Shown: piece by piece, positions 58,689 to 64,000 of the stretch
How positions within the stretch are numbered: position 1 is the stretch's first letter
Layout of the letters: each line of letters begins with the position of its first letter
DNA from: the human T2T-CHM13v2.0 reference genome, Homo sapiens
Assembly: GCF_009914755.1 (NCBI RefSeq)
Contig: NC_060929.1
Direction: 5' to 3' (one strand)
DNA length: 64,000 bases
The notes under the pieces: generated by a model
What the model was told of the DNA's origin: nothing
The model's input: the letters and a program-made list of their open reading frames with translations, nothing else
Databases searched by the model: none
Position numbers and translations under genes: made by a program

Positions 58689-59962
58689 ATGTAAAGAAAG
58701 GACTGTCTCAAACTTACATTTTCTAGGGTGACACAGTGAGTACCACATGCAGCACCATCCTTTCCCAGCCACTCTGCACTGTGCCAGCATCATGGAAGTC
58801 CTTTACAGGCCTGTGTTTACAGTTATCCTGTCTACTCCTACAACAGCCCACCTTACTCTTTATCCCCACCTGGATTCCGTTCCACCTGGGGAATGAATAA
58901 ACTGAGAACCACCCTAGAAGCTCCCACCTAGGCCCAGGGAGCGAGGAGCTGCCTGCTCATTTTTACTGCTGACAACTCTCTCTCTAGGCAGCAGCAGGGT
59001 CTTGCTCTCCCTATCTGTGTCTCCACTTTCTGCTCTGCATTCAGAGCCCCAAGGCTCTGTCTCTGCAGCAGGTTATAAATCATGGTAAAGCAGCCCTCCC
59101 CTTTCCTGCCTTCCCATCCTCTCAGATTAATTAATTAATTGTCAAGAATATATTTCTGTCTGCAGAGGATGGAGACAGGTGGAGAGGGGATGATTCGTGA
59201 GCCTGTGAACCCAGCCTGGCCTGTTACACACCCCCACCCCAGTCCCTCAAATGAATCATTCAAAGCCTTCAGCGGAGGGGTGTCCAGGACTGAGAAATGA
59301 GCACGTTCCCTTATCCACCACAGCTGCATGAATCACAGCCCTGTTGGGAACCCAGGGCTGTTGCTGAGACACTCTCCTTTGTAAGAGAAAGATGGCTCTA
59401 GCTGACACCAGAGTCCTGGAGGCACCTTGAGTGGACACTTTTTCTCTGGAGGTGTGCTGTGACTCTGGAGGTCAGGAGATAGAAGATGCCTAATCCCTGC
59501 CTCCCACCATGCTTCCCACTTCTCCAGCTGCTGGAGATTCACACCCAGTGGGTTTGAAAGCCTGCACAGAGATTCCTCTGAGAACAATGCAAGGCCAAAG
59601 GGGAGAAACACCCCACCTTTAAACAGAGCAGCTGGGCTCTATATGCTTAACTACTGGGGTTCCCAGGAACTTCCATGTAACCAAAGGATTCTGTAGCTGA
59701 AAAAAATGACTCAAGACCATTGTATCAGATGATCACAGATGCAGAACTTAAGTGGAAAAATGTCCCAGAGTCAGAGGAGCTCAGTTTTCTTCCACCAGTC
59801 CTCCCACTACGGGCAGTCAGGCAGGGCAGGCCAGAGTCAGTTATCTCCTCCCACGACTATGGAGCCTCAGCTGGCTTTTAAACCAGCTTTGGATTTTGCT
59901 CCCCACACTATTCCCCCATCCTATAGACACACTAGTCTTTGGAGAGGAAACAGAAAACATAG

Positions 59963-59963
59963 A

Positions 59964-59990
<27 letters not shown>
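59963..59990. repeat. (CA)n microsatellite
   Basis: Direct reading. Confidence 0.95.
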
Positions 59991-59995
<5 letters not shown>

Positions 59996-60883
59996 CTGTT
60001 GGAAAAACCAATATCAACATCAGTTAAAATAAATCTAAACGCTTTTCAAAGCAGAGCACAATGTTCCCTCGGCCCGGAATGCCCTTCACCTCCACTCCTC
60101 TGCCCAGTTAACTCCTCCTTGTCTTTTAAGACAGCTTCAAGGGCCACCTCCTTCTGCTGCTAACATCCAGTGACTAACACTCAAAGACCTTCTGGCCTGC
60201 AGCCTAGTGCTCTCCCCACCACCAGGCCCTGCTGCCAGGACACATGCTTTGGAAATGTGACTAGGTACAGCTGCCTTAGAATGAGCTCTTTGGGAAGATG
60301 GTAGCTAAACTATGTGGATGGGATACAGACAGACTGGAGTTGTGATGGGCTCTATCCTCAGGAGAGACCAAGGCCAGTGTCTGCCCTGCTCGAACACAGC
60401 GAGCGCTCAGCTCATAATGACATCCAATGCACAGAAGATGCACTTAGTACTTATATGATGGAGTCACTAAACAAAGTGAGAATTGGAGGTAACAGCTGGC
60501 TAATTTAGGCAAATATGGGCTCTGGGGCCTAAACTCACTCTTTAGGTGTCTGCTTCAATGTCAGGGAAGCTTTCCCTAATTCCCAAAACCATGTTGAATC
60601 CCCCATTATCTGCACTTTCATCCCTCCTAATGGTCCATCTTAGTGCTTATCACACTTTGGACCTACAGGTTTGTGTGCTGTTACTGCAAACTCTGCGATG
60701 CCTGGGGAGGGTCTGTCTTCTTGAGATCTATATATCCAGGTGCTTGGCACATAATAGAAAATCAAGAGATCACTGATGAATAAATGAAATACATGATGAG
60801 CCAGGTGAGGGTTCCTCAAATTCTTAGAACCTGTCTGATTTGAGGAACATGGAGTTAAAGGCTGAACTGCTATGCCTTTAGGT

Positions 60884-61066
60884 CAGTGGTTCTCAAACTT
60901 GACTGTGCAACCCAATCGCCCAGAGGTCTTGTTAAAACATGGATTTCTGGACCCCACCCTGACAGTCTGGGATTCAGGAGGTCGGGGGCAGGGCCCGAGA
61001 ATTTGCATCTTACACAAGGGTGCTGCTGATGCTGGTGCTCTGGGGACCACATTTTGGGGACCATGG
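60884..61066. mobile_element. MER5A hAT-Charlie MITE
   Basis: CAGTGGTTCTCAAA start; perfect 8-bp TSD CTTTAGGT at 60876-60883 and 61067-61074. Confidence 0.9.
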
Positions 61067-61391
61067 CTTTAGGTCATCATTTGGCATCAACATGATTATA
61101 AAAATGGACCCACACATGGGCAAGAATACAGTTTTCAGTCGGATGACTGGGAATATATTTATCATCTTTGCAAAAAAAAAAGTTTTAGAATTTCCATAGA
61201 CAATTCCGGGTTCCTCAGAATAAACACCAGAATCTAAAGGTCTTCAGACCCAGTACAAGAAATGTTAATCAGACAACTGTCTTGATTTTCTATGTGACTG
61301 ATGTAACAAGCCAGGAGAGGCTTAGCTGTGTGTGGAGGTGGGGGAGGAAGGGGCGGGGGGAGTTGGGGGAGTTCCCCCCAACTATGTTTAA

Positions 61392-61916
<525 letters not shown>

Positions 61917-62347
61917 CTAAGAAAGAGAAACAGATCAGCGCTGTAGAAATAGTGGACTTGGCCTCATTTTTAAAAAACTGCTAAGAAACAGAGCTGCTGG
62001 ATAAGCAGCAGCTACCTCCGTAATGATTTTGTCATTCGGCACTAGAGATGTTCTTGGCTGTGGTGGCCGTCACTCATATAACACCTTCCACTGCCATTTG
62101 GTTATTGCTGGAGGCTGCTCTGGGACCCTGGATTCAGTCCTTTATTCTCAGAAAATACTGAGATGAGCTGATGAGCACAGGCAGGACAGAGGCCAGCATA
62201 TGAGAGGGAGTGTGCTAACCACCACGTTCCCACAGAACCTCGAAACCTCGAAACACCATGCCATTTTCAGTATGAATCAATATGAGGACTGTGTGCATAT
62301 GGTGTAGTGTCTACTCCAATAGGGAAGGCATACTTTTTTTCCCCACT

Positions 62348-62612
62348 TTTTAATTTTTATTTATTTTTCTGAGGCAGGGTCTCGCTCTGTCACCCAGGCT
62401 TCCGGGTTCAAGTGATTCCCGTGCCCCAGCCTCCCAAAGTAGTTGGGACTACAGGCACCCAGCCATCATGCCCAGCTAATTTTTGTACTTTTAGTAGAGA
62501 TGGGGTTTCGCCATGTTGCCCAGGCTGGACTCAAACTCCTGGCCTCAAGCAATCTGCCTGCTTTAGCCTCCCAAAGTGCTGGGATTATAGGCATGAGCCA
62601 TGGCGCCCAGCC
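62348..62612 (-). mobile_element. Alu with internal deletion in the right arm
   Basis: CACCCAGGCT joined directly to TCCGGGTTCAAG. Confidence 0.88.
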
Positions 62613-62866
62613 TTCTTTTCACTTTTTAAGCTTTCTGAAGTCAGCATCTGAGTGTTTTAAAGGTAGTAGTGTTTTCCCCCAAAAGCAGTTATTCTATGAT
62701 GAGGGTATTTCACACTCAACAATGACAGAATAAAAGAAAAACACTATTTCCTTTTTCTTAGGCATCACCTTCAATTTAGAAATACTCCTGGATTCAAAGT
62801 AAGCAACCTCAGAGGGGACAAGCCTGTCCCCAGGTTGATTTCTGCACTGAGAGCCTCAAAACTCAC

Positions 62867-63059
62867 CCTGCGAGGTCGCTTCTTGGTCTGTTGTGTAAAC
62901 TGAAGAGCCCAGTCCCTGGTGGTGGGCTTGGAGTGCTCGAACCCACAGTTTCCCGGGGGCGGCTTGAGATGTTCAGATCTGTAAATAAGGTGTTGGCCCT
63001 TGCTGTCAGGGAGGGGCTCGATGACGTAGCTGAGGTTGCTGCTCACCGTAATCAGTCCT
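62867..63059 (-). CDS. ADAM19: ADAM19 exon 6, end of prodomain (GLITVSSNLSYVIEPL...GNCGF...KKRPRR); gene continues beyond the window
   Basis: CAACAG| and AGG|GTGAGT; 193 nt; YxIEPL prodomain motif; with exon 7 forms tandem furin-type sites RPRR and RMKR. Confidence 0.95.
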
Positions 63060-63519
63060 CTGTTGAGAGGAGAAATAGAATCTCTGGTCAAAGATTATGG
63101 TTCTGAAAAAGTCCCTTGTGTAGGTCTTAGTTTCTCCATATGCAAAATGACATAGTGGGTTTTGATCATTGGTTCTTAACCTAATTATGGGGCCATGTAC
63201 CCCTTCGTGAGACTCTGATGCAAGCTCACACTTCCTCTCTAGAGGAATGCACTTATACATAAAAAGTGGTGCATGAGCTCAGGGCACTTGGACCTCCACC
63301 CCAACCCCCACCCCACCCAACCACCACCACCAAGCTCATCGTGAGACTCCAGGTTAAAAGTCTCTGGACTGGGAAATCTCAAAAAGTTCTAAGAAGGCTG
63401 TACCTGTGACACTTAAAACTTATGAAGGATGGTAGGTCCAGGATTCCAAAAAGCCTCCCAAACCAAAACATGGCATATGACAAATCATGGGTCAAAACTT
63501 TAGAGACTCAGGAAAAGCA

Positions 63520-63710
63520 GTACAGTGGCCAGAGAAAGAACAGTGGCCTGCAAGTGAGGTGACCGAGGTTCTGGATTTAGCTCCAACATTCAATTGTCAC
63601 ATGCTCTTCAACAAGCATCTTAAATCTCTCCAAGCGTCAGTTTCCTCATCCCTAACACGGCAATGATAACTTATCAAGACTACTGGATGATTAAGTGGAA
63701 AGACAAGGGT
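63520..63710 (+). mobile_element. MIR (other MIR-like pieces at ~1640-2000, 2130-2340, 3850-4070, 5575-5720, 15040-15270)
   Basis: MIR core wording (CAGTTTCCTCATC...AATGATAA). Confidence 0.6.
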
Positions 63711-64000
63711 CTTTGTGCTTGGAAACCAGAGCTAGATGCATCAGTGATGACACGCCTACTTGTCCCACCTGCCCCACGTCAGCACGGTAGTTATTTGGTG
63801 AAGTGACATCCACCACCAAGCATGAGGGACTACTTTTTTTCCTCCCTTGATTATAGATACTAGCACTGAACTCAGAATAAACTCATGTGTCCTAGACATA
63901 ATCTAGACATAATCCTTGTCCTTGAGAAACTCACAGTCCTCTGGAAGACAGTCACAAACATTTACTGGGCTCCTGCTACGGGCCAGGTATCATGCCAGTT

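Overview
Human (or very closely related hominid) genomic DNA; by recognition this is the 5q33.3 NIPAL4-ADAM19 locus. The + strand holds the complete NIPAL4 (ichthyin, NIPA-like Mg2+ transporter family) gene: CpG-island promoter near 3.0-3.5 kb, six coding exons (3341-15978; 1215 nt = 404 aa, or 466 aa from an in-frame upstream ATG at 3155) and a polyA signal at 17712. The - strand holds the 3' part of ADAM19 (meltrin beta): 18 coding exons from 63059 down to 23960 (exons 6-23 by recalled numbering), a ~3.6-kb 3'UTR and a polyA signal near 20350. The genes are convergent, with 3' ends about 2.6 kb apart. All exon boundaries were read by hand (GT-AG, phases consistent). The rest is typical mammalian repeat content (Alu, L1, L2, MIR, LTR, DNA transposon fossils), and almost all other ORFs in the track are noise. 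I found no convincing new protein-coding system. The two most unusual unexplained structures are (1) a ~470-bp, roughly 85-90% identical inverted duplication spanning most of NIPAL4 intron 4, next to a weak splice donor, and (2) an 820-bp TG...CA element in the ADAM19 3'UTR with two LTR 3'-end-like inverted arms and a single 4-bp target-site duplication. Repeat subfamily names and variant IDs are from memory and need database confirmation.
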